Assembly (NCBI RefSeq): GCF_001194135.2
Contig: NC_068983.1
Coordinates: 32,444,061-32,504,142, forward strand
Reading direction: 5' to 3'
Source of the DNA: Octopus bimaculoides
Taxonomy: Eukaryota
DNA length: 60,082 nucleotides
Numbering within the stretch: the first letter of the stretch is position 1; each line of letters opens with the position of its first letter. Under the pieces are notes generated by a model. That model did no database searches, was not told where the DNA came from, and saw only the letters and a program-made list of their open reading frames with translations. Made by a program: the position numbers and the translations under genes. Shown piece by piece: positions 1 to 55,975 of the stretch.

Positions 1-700
1 AACTCTCGCTCCGCCCTCTCTCTCGCTCTTCTCTCTCTCTTGCTTCTCTCTCTCTCTCTCTCTCTCTCTCGCTCCTCTCGCTACTCTCACTCTCTCACTC
101 CTCTCGCTACTCTCTCTCTCACTCCTCTTTCTCTCGCTCCTCTCTCTAGTACTACTCTCACTCGCTCCTCTCTGTCGCTCGCTTCTCTCCCTCTTCCTCC
201 TCCAGCTCTCGCTCCTCTCTCTCTCGTTCCTTCACTCTCGTTCCTTCACTCTCTCCGCTCTCTATTTCACTTTTCTCTCTCTCTTGGTCCTCTCACTCTC
301 TCGCTCTTCTCTCTCTCTTGCTATTCTCTCTCTCTCTCACTCCTCCCTTTCTCGTTCCTCTTACTCTCTCGTTCCTCTCTCCCTCTCGCTCCTCTCTCTC
401 TCTCGCTTCTCTCTCTCTCGCTTCTCTCTCTCTCGCTCCCCTCTATCTCTCTCCTCTCCCTCTTGCTCCTCTCTCTCTTGCTCCTCTCTCTCTTGCTCCT
501 CTCTCTCGCTCATCCCTCTCTCCTCTCTCTCTCTCTGTTTCTCTCCCTCTGATTCTCTCCCTCTGACTCTCTCTCTGTCTCTCACCCTCTCTCTCTCTAT
601 CTCTGTTTTTCTGTCTCTGTCTCTCCCTCTCTCACTGTCTCTCTCGCTCTCACTCTGTCTCTGTGTGTCGCTCTCTCTCGCTCTCTCTCTCTCTCTCTCT
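1..700. repeat. Degenerate (CT)n / CTCGCT low-complexity tract
   Basis: Almost pure C/T with interspersed CG; runs into an N gap. Its S/L-rich ORFs are artefacts. Confidence 0.97.
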
Positions 701-800
701 NNNNNNNNNNNNNNNNNNNNNNNNNNNNNNNNNNNNNNNNNNNNNNNNNNNNNNNNNNNNNNNNNNNNNNNNNNNNNNNNNNNNNNNNNNNNNNNNNNNN

Positions 801-832
<32 letters not shown>

Positions 833-2384
833 ATGCGCGCGTGAACGCGTGTGTACATGTAATCTTAATGGTGAAGATGGTGACGAAAACAGCGTTGGGA
901 AGCCTTGTTTCATCGAGTCGAAGAGGGGGTCATTACTATCTGTTTCGACGGATCTATAATACTGTCTGCCGAGAAAACGACAGAGTATTAGAAAGCAAAC
1001 ACCTTTCCATGAGAAGGAAAGAAGCTGAGAAATCTTATTTAACGCTGTTATGTGGGAACAGGTCACTAGCAGACATATACACCTATGAGATGGCAAGAAT
1101 TTTATATAACCCGACTAAAACCATTTAGGTTTTCTTTAATTTTCGTGCTAAAAGAAAGACACTTCTTTTGAAGTTTGTCGACGTCACTCTTGTTTACTGC
1201 TGAATGCCATTGGCTGCAATATAAGTCTGCAGGTGTGTTGATCAACTGCGTAGAAGTTCTATTGCGAGCTGTGCTAGGTATGATCAAAAATGGTAATAAT
1301 TACGAATTGTGAATTCAATTTGAGACAGAGATGTGAAATTGAATCCAGCAAGTGATCTGCTACGGAACCTACACATAAACAAACACACATACACAAACAC
1401 ACATACACACGCGTGTTTCATGCACATATTCACGCACACGCAAGTACACACATATACACACACGCAGGTATACACACACGCAGGTATACACACACATGTA
1501 TTGAAGGACAAGAGACCCTAATGTTACAACTCTGATCATGCGAATCACTTGAGGGTTTTCTGCTTCTTGGCGAAGGAGATGACTGTCTGACCCCGTGCCT
1601 CCAGCACCTTAACACAAAAATAGCAGCTGTAGCAACTATGCAGCAACTCCAAACATACTGTGAACGACCGACCGACCACACTGACACTACTCCGCCCATA
1701 AACATTAGACGAACAACCCACGCACCAAAAATGGACAAAAACAACACAAATACAAAAATTACACAAACACGGATCATATCGATGCAGATGAGACGGATGC
1801 AGATACATATGTAGCCATAAAGCTATTCTTATCCATCTACAACCGACGAAAACTAGAAAAGGTTTTGCAAAATATCAAGCGAGATAGAAAAGAAGAGAAA
1901 AGAAATCGAAAGATAATGCTGCTTTGCTGAAAGCTCCGATGAACTATCGATAAACCCACCATCAAAAACAACAACACAAGCAAGAACTAAACCCAAAAGC
2001 GCAAAATTAAAACTAAGAAACAAGGAGATAAGCTTGTATATCAACAATAGCAAAAACAGATCAATATTAAAAACATAAAGAATAAAAGCTTTACCTGCAA
2101 CCACACTATCAACAACCAAAAAAATACACCAACTCTATAACCTTAAAAAGATTTAGAGAAGTCTCGAACACAAAACCAGAACGGTAGTAGCAACAACAAA
2201 TAATCACAAAAAAGAACAAAAACAAAAAACTTTAGAGTTATTTACTTTAGAGTTATTTGTTGAAGAAGATAAGACAATACAACCAAAGGTCAATAATAAA
2301 ACAGAAGGATTTTGAAGAATCTGTTTTTAAGACACTCATAGACTTCGGTAAAAACAACAGGTGTTTACTTCTTCATATTTGAAA

Positions 2385-3140
2385 TCATTTGAAAGTGTAT
2401 CTTCAGCGACATATTGCATCCGAAATTTTGGTCGCACTTGATTAAGCTCTCCACTATACTCCCTCGCTGGGCCACTTGGTGCTTTCCCAGAAGTCCTTTG
2501 CATACATCTCTGAATGCATGCCAGACCGCAATATCAGTTTGATCCATTATCGTCTCGAAGTCCTCATGAGCGATAAGTTGACGAATCTGAGGGCTTACGA
2601 ATATGCCCTCTTTAATCTTGGCATCATTTATTTTTGGGAAGATTGCCTTGAGATACTGGAAACATAACTTGTCATGTTGCAGTGCTTTGGTAAATTGCTT
2701 CATTAGGCCTAGTTTTATATGCAGTGGTGGCAAAATGATTTCACTCAACTAGTTGCTCAGGCATCATAGTTTCCCGAGGTGGCCATTCTGAGCGTACACA
2801 ATGTTCTGATCTGACCCTGCTGTCCTACTTGCAAAGGAAGCTCATAAACTTGGTGTATCCAGTGTGTAGCCAATTAAGTAGGGCTACTACTTTCAAGTCC
2901 GCACAAATTAGCCACTCATGCTCCTTGTATCTTATGCGGTCTAGAATAAAAGTGAGGTTCTCACATGTCTCTCTTAAAATGATTGAGTGAGCAATTGAAA
3001 CTGAAGGCATGGTGTTCCAAATATACAACAGAACTGCTTTTATGCCGTAAAGGGATGCATCTATGAATAACCTCCACTCATTTGGTTCATAGGTCAGCTC
3101 AAAGGCATTGAACAAGTCTCTGATATCATTACAATAATAC
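2385..3140 (-). mobile_element. Chapaev3-type (CMC) DNA transposase fragment, decayed
   Basis: EWRLFIDAS..KAVLL, WLICADLKVVALL, ILPPLHIKLGLMKQF, KIKEGIF, CNMSLKIHF motifs across frameshifted ORFs 2825..3301 and 2365..2748. Confidence 0.8.
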
Positions 3141-3208
3141 AGTTCTATATTTAATTTATGCACATTATTTACATTTGACGGATATTTGTCCTCATCTTGT
3201 TTGTTGTT

Positions 3209-3254
3209 AACACAACGTTTCGGCTGATATACCTTCCAGCCTTCATCAGGTGTC
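3209..3254 (-). ncRNA. Penelope-type minimal type I hammerhead ribozyme motif
   Basis: Minus strand reads GACAC-CTGATGA-A-GGCTG-(10 nt)-CAGCC-GAAAC-GTT-GTGTT: catalytic core boxes, 5-bp stem II, stem I GACAC/GTGTT and a palindromic ACGT in place of stem III. Confidence 0.65.
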
Positions 3255-4917
3255 TTGGGGAAATTTCGAACCTTGGTTCTCATTCCTAAGGTGTTATTCA
3301 TTATTATTATTTCCCCTCTTCGTTAGCCCCTTGTGGGTAATTAAAAATCAATTATTATTATCATTATTAAGATCATTGCCTGGAATCGAACTCGGAATCA
3401 ATAGCCCGCGCTCTTAACCATTACACCATATACTCATGAGCAAGTGGGGGAGTGAATTTTAGGGCTTATAAATCTAATATTTTCCTATTCTTCCTTAATA
3501 CCGGTTCCCATATGCTTTTCATATCTGCACTCGGTCTGCTTACGAGGTTGTTGTGTCTTAGCTTATGTGCTGCTTCTTTTAGTTTTCGTATTTTCCAGTG
3601 GTGTTCTCTGTCTATTATTTTAACTTCATCCCACAGGGGGAGGTGGTTTCTATTTTTCCATACATGATCAAAATAATATGTAAATTTTGATATGAAAGCT
3701 TAAGATCGATTTATCTAATTATTTAAAAGAATATTTCGTCGCTATCTCTAAATTTTTAACTCTCCTTGGCTTTGTTGAAAGTTCATTATCAAACTGACTC
3801 ACAGCGAATGATTTTACAGATAAAACGTGATTAGTCGTATAATCTCATATTTATAGCTACTTGTAATGTACATTTTCCTTTTTCTTATACCGAGTTCACA
3901 TTAATAAAACTGGTCGTTTTTATGCAACAGATAAATTTACTTTGAATCTACAATCTTAACTGAGTTTCGCTCTCAACATAATGCAATTGACCGTGCTGCA
4001 CAAGTGATATTACAAGCAATCATCGCAGTCTAATTTGACTTTTTATATTCTTAGTTCCTTCTGTTTGTTTCATCGTTACCGAGGTATGAAATAGATTCGC
4101 GGGGCAGACTTTTATGCAACTTTGTGCAAACATAAGTGCTATTTAATAAGCGATAGAAAACTTCTTTAGTTGTAATGTTAATTTTTCTGTTGTGACGTTG
4201 AAAGTAAACACAAATTTGTTACAGAACGTTCTACTAATATCAAACATTTATATTATGTTAGAAAAGAAATAAAAAAAGAAAGAGTAGTTCATGTCATGGG
4301 TTAACATACTATATAAGAAATTCTATTCAGTTAAATAATTTTACACTGCTTTTGAAAGAGCTATTTCTTGTTTCTTAGACGGTTCGCTAAATACATGTTC
4401 CTNNNNNNNNNNNNNNNNNNNNNNNNNNNNNNNNNNNNNNNNNNNNNNNNNNNNNNNNNNNNNNNNNNNNNNNNNNNNNNNNNNNNNNNNNNNNNNNNNN
4501 NNNNNNNNNNNNNNNNNNNNNNNNNNNNNNNNNNNNNNNNNNNNNNNNNNNNNNNNNNNNNNNNNNNNNNNNNNNNNNNNNNNNNNNNNNNNNNNNNNNN
4601 NNNNNNNNNNNNNNNNNNNNNNNNNNNNNNNNNNNNNNNNNNNNNNNNNNNNNNNNNNNNNNNNNNNNNNNNNNNNNNNNNNNNNNNNNNNNNNNNNNNN
4701 NNNNNNNNNNNNNNNNNNNNNNNNNNNNNNNNNNNNNNNNNNNNNNNNNNNNNNNNNNNNNNNNNNNNNNNNNNNNNNNNNNNNNNNNNNNNNNNNNNNN
4801 NNNNNNNNNNNNNNNNNNNNNNNNNNNNNNNNNNNNNNNNNNNNNNNNNNNNNNNNNNNNNNNNNNNNNNNNNNNNNNNNNNNNNNNNNNNNNNNNNNNN
4901 NNNNNNNNNNNNNNNNN

Positions 4918-4979
<62 letters not shown>

Positions 4980-4989
4980 ATATGTTTGT

Positions 4990-5205
4990 GTGTCTGTGTT
5001 TGTTCCCCCAACATCGCTTGACAACTGATGCTGGAGTGTTTACGTCCTCGTAACTTAGCAGTTCGGCAGAACAGACCGGTAGAATAAGTACTAGGCTTGC
5101 AAAGAATAAGCCCTGTGGTCGATTTGCTCGACTAAAGGCAGTGCTCCAGCATGGCTGCAGTCAAATGACTGAAACAAGTAAAAGAGTAAAAAAAAGAGTA
5201 AAAGA
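4990..5205 (+). mobile_element. SINE family B, 3' half (5' part lost in gap)
   Basis: Same body as the full copy at 58621-59048, ending in a GTAAAAGA tail. Confidence 0.85.
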
Positions 5206-5369
5206 GATACATTGAAAGCTGTCGATTCGTTTGACGAGTATAACCATCGCTAACAAATTGTCCTGATGTCTTTTAAGCTAGTGACTGGCATTTTTTTGGT
5301 ACTGGTGCAACATTCATATCTATGCGTTGCAATTGGATGCTTGATTGTGCACTTTGATCTACCTTGTGA

Positions 5370-5790
5370 GTTCAGATCAGACAAGCTGTTAGAAATGGGT
5401 GATATTGAATTTGAAGCCTTTTAGTATGTTTGCTTAGACGACTCGTGATACCAGTTCTGCAAAGGCAAACCCGTCCACATTCATCATATTCAAACTGTGT
5501 GACTGTTGGGTTAACAGATTCTCCTTTCGTAACTATTCGCTTTACATTAACCCATTCCTGAAACTTTCTGTGGCCATTGGTAAATTTTGTGCGTCAATTA
5601 CATTCGTGGAGTATTGAAGACTCTTAGTCAGTTGTTACAGAATTGCAGGGAATCTTTCACAGTCCTTGAAACGCAATTTTGGTTTCTGCTGTAGTTTCAT
5701 GCCAAGCGTCAGATTTCCACAAAGAATTTGATATGGAATTCTGTTCATGGAATCGAATGAGATGTTCTTTCCAGCGGAATCTCCACGCAT
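5370..5790 (-). mobile_element. RTE-clade LINE 3' remnant
   Basis: RIPYQILCGNLTLGMKLQQKPKLRFKD followed by W...W and ECGRVCLCRTGITS resemble the RTE C-terminus; multiple stops and frameshifts. Confidence 0.6.
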
Positions 5791-5831
5791 GCATGCAAAC
5801 ATACATACGTACACGCATACATGCATCGATG

Positions 5832-5880
<49 letters not shown>

Positions 5881-6729
5881 GACCTTCTAAATAACTTACT
5901 GCAAGAGATCAACAAAATAGATATACCAATTTACAAGCTGCTCAGTATTTCTAGAAACTTCAACATCAATGAAAATGTTGACAGGCTATATTTTTCTCGC
6001 AGGGGCTGTCATCTTAAATTTGTATTGATGTCGTATGAAATACGTACTTAAACACAAAAGTAACAACTGCAGCAGAGGAAGAAGGTTAGTAATTATCTGG
6101 CCCAAGCATTCGAACACAAAAATAATATCATAATGGTTGCTAATGAACTTGAGGAGAGACCTGAAATAAGAGGTGATACCTTCGATTACGAATACCGGAT
6201 TTTTATTCGGTTGACTATTCACAACATTAGTGGATGTTATATTCACTGTTTCCTATATCGGAGGCGATGAATTCGCATACAAGCACGTGACTGGCTACAA
6301 GTACGCGTCATTGGAAAAGTCCCAAAAGGCCGAAAGTCATCTGGCGTTCCCGTTCAGCGTTGCTGGGCCGATTTTTCGTGTTTCTCCGATATTTATTGGT
6401 CTTAATACAGCATATCCATAAGAGATAATATATGAATTTTTCGATTAAGCAGTGGGAGACAATATCATGCTCATCACTGTAATGTTTATTTTACAACATT
6501 CACTAACACTCTCGTTTTGGTTGAATAAAACATGGAAACACCAGAGCACTGTTGGGCGAATCGAGTTATGTGTACTTACATATGTGCGTTCTAAGGTCAC
6601 AAATTTAGAGACACAATTAATTCGACTCCAGCTGTCGGCTGGTATTTTATCTTATAAACACTGAAAGGACGAAATACGAATTTTAAATTCTGAACGTAAA
6701 GCACCATAACTAAATACCGCTTTAACGAT

Positions 6730-6845
<116 letters not shown>

Positions 6846-7488
6846 ACCATCATATATGCTTGCATGCATATACTAGTGTATACACATACACATATTCATG
6901 CGCGCGTGCGTGCGTGCGTGCGTGCGTGTATGTGAGTATGTGTTTTCACCATCTGTGTATACGTGGACACACATGTATGTATGTATATTTTTATATCATC
7001 GTTGATAATTTTGGTTTGATAATTTCCTCACGTATCAGTTTCTATTTCAGATTATTTAATTAGCGCTTTCCAGTGGTAAATTTAATATATTTTGTGTACC
7101 GAATTTTCACACAGTTATCACTTGCTGGAAATCAACAATGCTCTAGAGTTTTCATACCATTATTTTATAAATCTACTCAAATTATTATATTGCTCAAACT
7201 GAAACACGGCTTTGGCGACATCTGGGTATGTCTCTACCAGAAGAAGATATTAACATTCACGTTCACACCTCATAACTTTTCCAAATCTCTCTGAATGCTG
7301 ACTAATTCGAGATGTACATCCATGGCTTCGATATAAATAATATAAAAGATTATTAAATACTGAAGCTCTAAAGTGAATTGTTGGGTAAGGTCAGAACCCT
7401 ACAAGTCTCTTTAAAGTAATATCACACACTGCTTCCTCAAAACTACTCCATTTATTATTGAAGTGTTTTAAAATTACATATCAGAGTA

Positions 7489-7695
7489 GGGCGGCTAGCT
7501 GGTAAAATCATTAGCACGCCTGTCAAAATACTCGGTAGTATTTCTTTCGTCGTTATATAATGGGTTCAAATTCCGCTGAAGTTGACATTGCTTTTCATTC
7601 TTTCGGAGTCGATAAAATAGGTACTAGTTGAACACTGGAGTTAGTGTAGTCGACTTAATCCCTCTTCTGGACTTGTGCCAAAATTTGAAGCCAAT
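7489..7695 (+). mobile_element. SINE family A, diverged copy
   Basis: ggcggctagctgg...gggttcaaattccgctgaagttgac..., similar to 24431-24650. Confidence 0.75.
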
Positions 7696-7774
7696 ATTAC
7701 GTATAAGAGATCTTCAAATAAATTTACATTAAATTTATAAACAAGAAACATTAGAAAATGTTGAATTATTCAGG

Positions 7775-7780
7775 TTTATT
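7775..7780 (-). promoter_or_regulatory. Candidate polyadenylation signal of the channel gene
   Basis: AATAAA on the minus strand about 365 nt after the stop. The region is AT-rich, so a chance match is possible. Confidence 0.25.
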
Positions 7781-8143
7781 AATTCATCTGACAAAACTCA
7801 ATTATGCAAATGAAGGATCTGTGATAGTTTCAAGTATTTTTTTGCACTAATTTCAGCACTAAAATTTCTCTGTTATATTACTGTACACATATTGCATTGG
7901 TAAATTATATTTCACAAAACATCTTTCGCCACTAAAAGCATTACGATATTCATCTAAACATATTTTTACTCGAATATTTAGAATTTTTTTAACCATAGTC
8001 TGCTATATCAAGACTTTCGGTTTAGAAGCGTGAAGTTCGAAGTTGTAGCATGATAGTGGCTTGAAATCCAGAGATAATAGCTAGTTAGTATATTCATAGT
8101 CAAGTATCAAATTAAAGACGTGATTAATAACAGATTAAGAGTT

Positions 8144-51590
<43,447 letters not shown>

Positions 51591-51644
51591 GTCTAACGTA
51601 TATCAAGGAACCTGTAAATAGAAACCACAGTGATTGTGACGATT

Positions 51645-51676
<32 letters not shown>

Positions 51677-51962
51677 GATGTGAATTGGGTAGGTGAGAAT
51701 GGTGGCGATCATGATTATAATCATGATTATCATGATTATGACGAGCATAACCATGATGTCGGTTGTGAGGATTTACTCATATTCAAGTACTTGCCATGTA
51801 TATTTGGTCTGATTCTTTTCCAAATGTTGAGCCATGCCGTTTCCCACCAGGTAAGAGTAGAGGTTTTGCCAGGACTACGACAAGTTTTGTTGTCGCCGCT
51901 ATATTTTTTGTCATACTGAAATAGTTACGCATTTATATTTCACATATAAGAATAAGGATGAT

Positions 51963-52002
<40 letters not shown>

Positions 52003-52004
<2 letters not shown>

Positions 52005-52212
52005 TGCTATAGGCGTAAGGCTTGAGTTTTTGAGAGAAGGGCGACAATCGATCACATCGACCTCAGTACTTGACTGGTACTTAATTTATTGACCCCGAAA
52101 GGATGAAAGGCAAAGTCTACCTCAGCGGAATTTGGACTCAGAACGTAACGACAGACGAAATACCGCTAAGCATTTCGCCTGGCGTACTAACGATTCTGCC
52201 AGCTCGCCGCCT
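52003..52212 (-). mobile_element. SINE family A
   Basis: Reverse complement aggcggcgagctggcagaatcgttag...; head abuts an (AAT)n tract. Confidence 0.88.
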
Positions 52213-52215
52213 TCA

Positions 52216-52302
<87 letters not shown>

Positions 52303-52304
52303 TA

Positions 52305-53330
52305 CCTTTTTATAGAGGATATAAAGCTTTATGCGAAAAATGATAAGCATACTGATCGTATTTTCTCAGATGATGTAGGTTTGAAATTTAGGATTTAAAA
52401 ATGCGTTATATTGAAAATGAAACGATGAAGACTTGAAGGAAGCCTGGGAATTGAAATGCTAATTGGGCATACAGTGAAAGTGGTTGAGAAAAAACTGTGG
52501 TTTAAATATTTTGAGTTACTGGAAGCAAATGAAATAAAATATGAAAAGATAAAACAAATTACCAGTAGGATTAATTGTAGATTGGACCCAAAAGACAAAG
52601 ACTTGACAGAAAAACTAGAAAGCTATCGACAATGTATGATGCCCACCATCCGAAAGCTGATATTAACTGGTTGTACAGGAAAACAGACCAGGCTGGAGGA
52701 GGCTTAATTGCTGTGGAAGAGTGTGTACAGATGGAAAGAAAAAGCCTACAAAAAATATTTACAGAACAGCACAGAGAAATTACTAAAGACAATTACTAAA
52801 GAACAGGTGATCAAGTGTAGAATAAGAGAAAAGGACGAGAATGAAATTCAAAGAGAGCTTGCTAAACAGATTGAAGAGAAACCTTTGCATGGTCAATTCT
52901 GGAATGCCACTGAGGATATATGTGGAACAAAATCTTGGACTTGGTTAAAAAAGGAGCTATTAAAAAAAAAGAAACAAATAGCCTTATTATAACAGCTCAA
53001 GATCAAGCGATGAAAACAAACAACTTGAGAAAATATCTGTATGGGGAGAAGGTGTCAGAAAAATGTAGTGTCTGTGGAATTTGGAATGAGACAGTGGCAC
53101 ACATTGTTGCAGAATGTCTCAAGTTGACCTATGCAGAATATAAGAAATGGAGGCATAACCATGTGAAAGTTTTACACTGGAAGCTTTGTCAGAAGTAGAG
53201 ATTTGAAGCTGGAGGTACATGGTATAATCATCGGGTCGAAAGAGTGCTGGAGTCGGAGAAATGCAAAATCTTTTGGAATTTTCCTATTGAAACGGATAAG
53301 AAATTAGAAAATAATAAATCAGACATAAGA
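52305..53330 (+). mobile_element. R4/Dong-clade LINE remnant with internal deletions
   Basis: DIKLYAKN, FSDDVGLKF, KPLHGQFW, ITAQDQAMKTN, CSVCGIWNETVAHIVAEC..L...EY..RHNHV..LHWKLC; follows (AAT)n. Confidence 0.8.
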
Positions 53331-54411
53331 GCGTTGTAGTTCACTTGAAGTATTGTAATATCGAACAAAGGAAAAGAAGGAAAATAGGAAAGCTTCTGAC
53401 AACGCGGAGAGTTTCACAAAACCTTGATATTTCAGGCGCAAAGGCCCATCATCAAAAAGAAAACCCATAAAAACACAAAATTCAGAATATAAACGAATAT
53501 ATCCTGCGTTTCTATGTAGATAAAATGGCGTCATCAGTTTTCACTTTCATAACTGGTAAAAGGAAAAAGAAGAAAGAAAAACGAAACAAAAAATGGAAAA
53601 TGAATACTTAGTGGAACAGTTTTGTGTAAACGTGATGAAATTCACCTGTCATTTTATTCATTCCTCCAGGGCGTGATGTTTGTAATTCACAGATATATTT
53701 GTCGTCATCCATTTTGAGGATTGAAAGTGTAGTAGTCAGAATATTTTCTGAGAATATGTACCTTCAGATGTTCCTTAAAATTTGATGTAGGATGTTTGGA
53801 ATGTTCCGTCGAAGTACTGCTGTTGTGCCCGACGTTATACCTATACTCATTGAATTTTTTTTTTAACTGTTAGTTTGTGCAACCAATATAAATTATGTTC
53901 TGTTTGATGCATTCTGCTGCGTATACCAAATGGGAATCTTTATAGATAATGAAGTCAGTCAAATCCCTGCGTGGTCATGAACCGATACTCTGGTTACAGT
54001 TCTTTGATGACGTCTTTTTTTGTTTGGGAAGGGCCATACGACACTTTAGTTATCCTTTTGAATCTGTATGACCGTTACACTAAAATCTATGCCTTCTCTT
54101 TGCTAGCTCACCCATGTTAAGTTTTTTAATGTTATTGCAGACGTTAGAAAACGAAATAGGTTTTCACGTGTTAGCGCGTGTGCTCTTGCTTCTGCCAAAA
54201 AAGTCGTTTTTATTGTCTCATTATTTTTCAATATNNNNNNNNNNNNNNNNNNNNNNNNNNNNNNNNNNNNNNNNNNNNNNNNNNNNNNNNNNNNNNNNNN
54301 NNNNNNNNNNNNNNNNNNNNNNNNNNNNNNNNNNNNNNNNNNNNNNNNNNNNNNNNNNNNNNNNNNNNNNNNNNNNNNNNNNNNNNNNNNNNNNNNNNNN
54401 NNNNNNNNNNN

Positions 54412-54750
54412 TCATCCTTTCGGGATCGATAAATTAAGTACCAGTTGCGTACTGGGGTCGATCTAATCAACTGCCCCTCCCCCAAAATTTCGGGCCTTGT
54501 GCCTAAAGTAGAAAAGAATATTTTTTTGTTTGTAGGCGGCGAGCTGGCAGAAACGTTAGCACGCCGGGCGAAATGCTTAGTGGTATTTCGTCTGTCTTTA
54601 TGTTCTGAGTTCAAATTTAACCGCGGTCCACTTTGCCTTTCATCCTTTCGTGGTCGATAAATTAAGTACCAGTTGCGTACTGGAGTCGATCTAATCAACT
54701 GGCCCCCTCCCCCAAAATTTCGAGCCTTGTGCCTAGAGTAGAAAAGAATA
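54412..54750 (+). mobile_element. Two head-to-tail SINE family A copies
   Basis: Partial copy 54412-54520 and full copy 54534-54750, each followed by tttttttgtttgt. Confidence 0.85.
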
Positions 54751-55092
54751 TTTTTTTGTTTGTGTATATCCTGTGACACTAAAATTAAATTTTCATTTAG
54801 TTTCTTTCTTTATCACAAATGTTTATCTGTAAAAGCTCTTTCAGCTTTTGTAAGGGACGTTTGATGTTGCAGGCGCCATTTTTATATCTCCATAGAGAAA
54901 ACATAAATTGTGCAAAGAAAAAACAAAAAAGAAAACACAAAAAAAAACAGGTAAGCAAACTATATTTATCTCAATAAGAAATGCGTTGCACTAGTTTGAG
55001 AATATTTTTTGCCGATAAAGTAATCTAATGTTTTGTATAAATCCTTCGTTCACGTTTCTTAAATCCAGCAGTTTTGCTACTTCGATATGCAA

Positions 55093-55137
<45 letters not shown>

Positions 55138-55328
55138 GAATGTTGATGATGATGACATTTTCTTGATTTCTGACAAGGATACTGAAGAAGGGATATTCCG
55201 AATGCAAAAAGAAAAAAANNNNNNNNNNNNNNNNNNNNNNNNNNNNNNNNNNNNNNNNNNNNNNNNNNNNNNNNNNNNNNNNNNNNNNNNNNNNNNNNNN
55301 NNNNNNNNNNNNNNNNNNNNNNNNNNNN

Positions 55329-55365
<37 letters not shown>

Positions 55366-55942
55366 ATATATATATGTATGTATGTATGTATGGATGTATG
55401 TATGTATGTATGTATGCATGTATCATAAAATCAGATTATAAAACAATTATAGTTTAATAAATATAAGAGATACATATCGCTAGCGGCCATAGCTTGTGTA
55501 TTACCGGAAGATATACAGGACGTAACTCCTTTTATAGCTAAGCCATTCTCATCTCAAAATTATTATTCATCACAGTTTTCCTCATTTAATATAATGTTCC
55601 AACCGATTTATGTATATTAATGCACACATACAATCTTTATTATCATTTATAGACTACATTAAGATATTGATTTCAAACAATGAGATATAAAAACCTATTT
55701 CCGGTAAGAAAAGGCTTGGAGGTGATTTCTCTGACTATTAACTGGTTTTCAGAACTTATCTCTTATTCAGTTTCCTCCTACATAGACAATAAAAACGAAG
55801 TTGATCCCAACATAAATTGATCCTAACATAAAACTGATATATGCAACACCTATTGTCAAGTTGGTGTAATTCGTAGAAATAAGACACTCAACTTCGCAAG
55901 AAGAGGAATTTCTGTATTAATTTACTCGAGTTCCTACGTATG

Positions 55943-55975
<33 letters not shown>

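Noticed and set aside
40-858. Long S/L- and R/E-rich ORFs
   Set aside because: Translations of the CT microsatellite and the N gap.
5986-6421. Unique-looking ORFs downstream of the channel (86 aa minus, 63 aa plus) as extra exons or a second gene
   Set aside because: No recognisable motif or consistent splice phases, and the channel already terminates at 8144.
53640-54110. Possible further R4-like or Penelope-like fragment on the minus strand
   Set aside because: Motifs are too degenerate to support a call.
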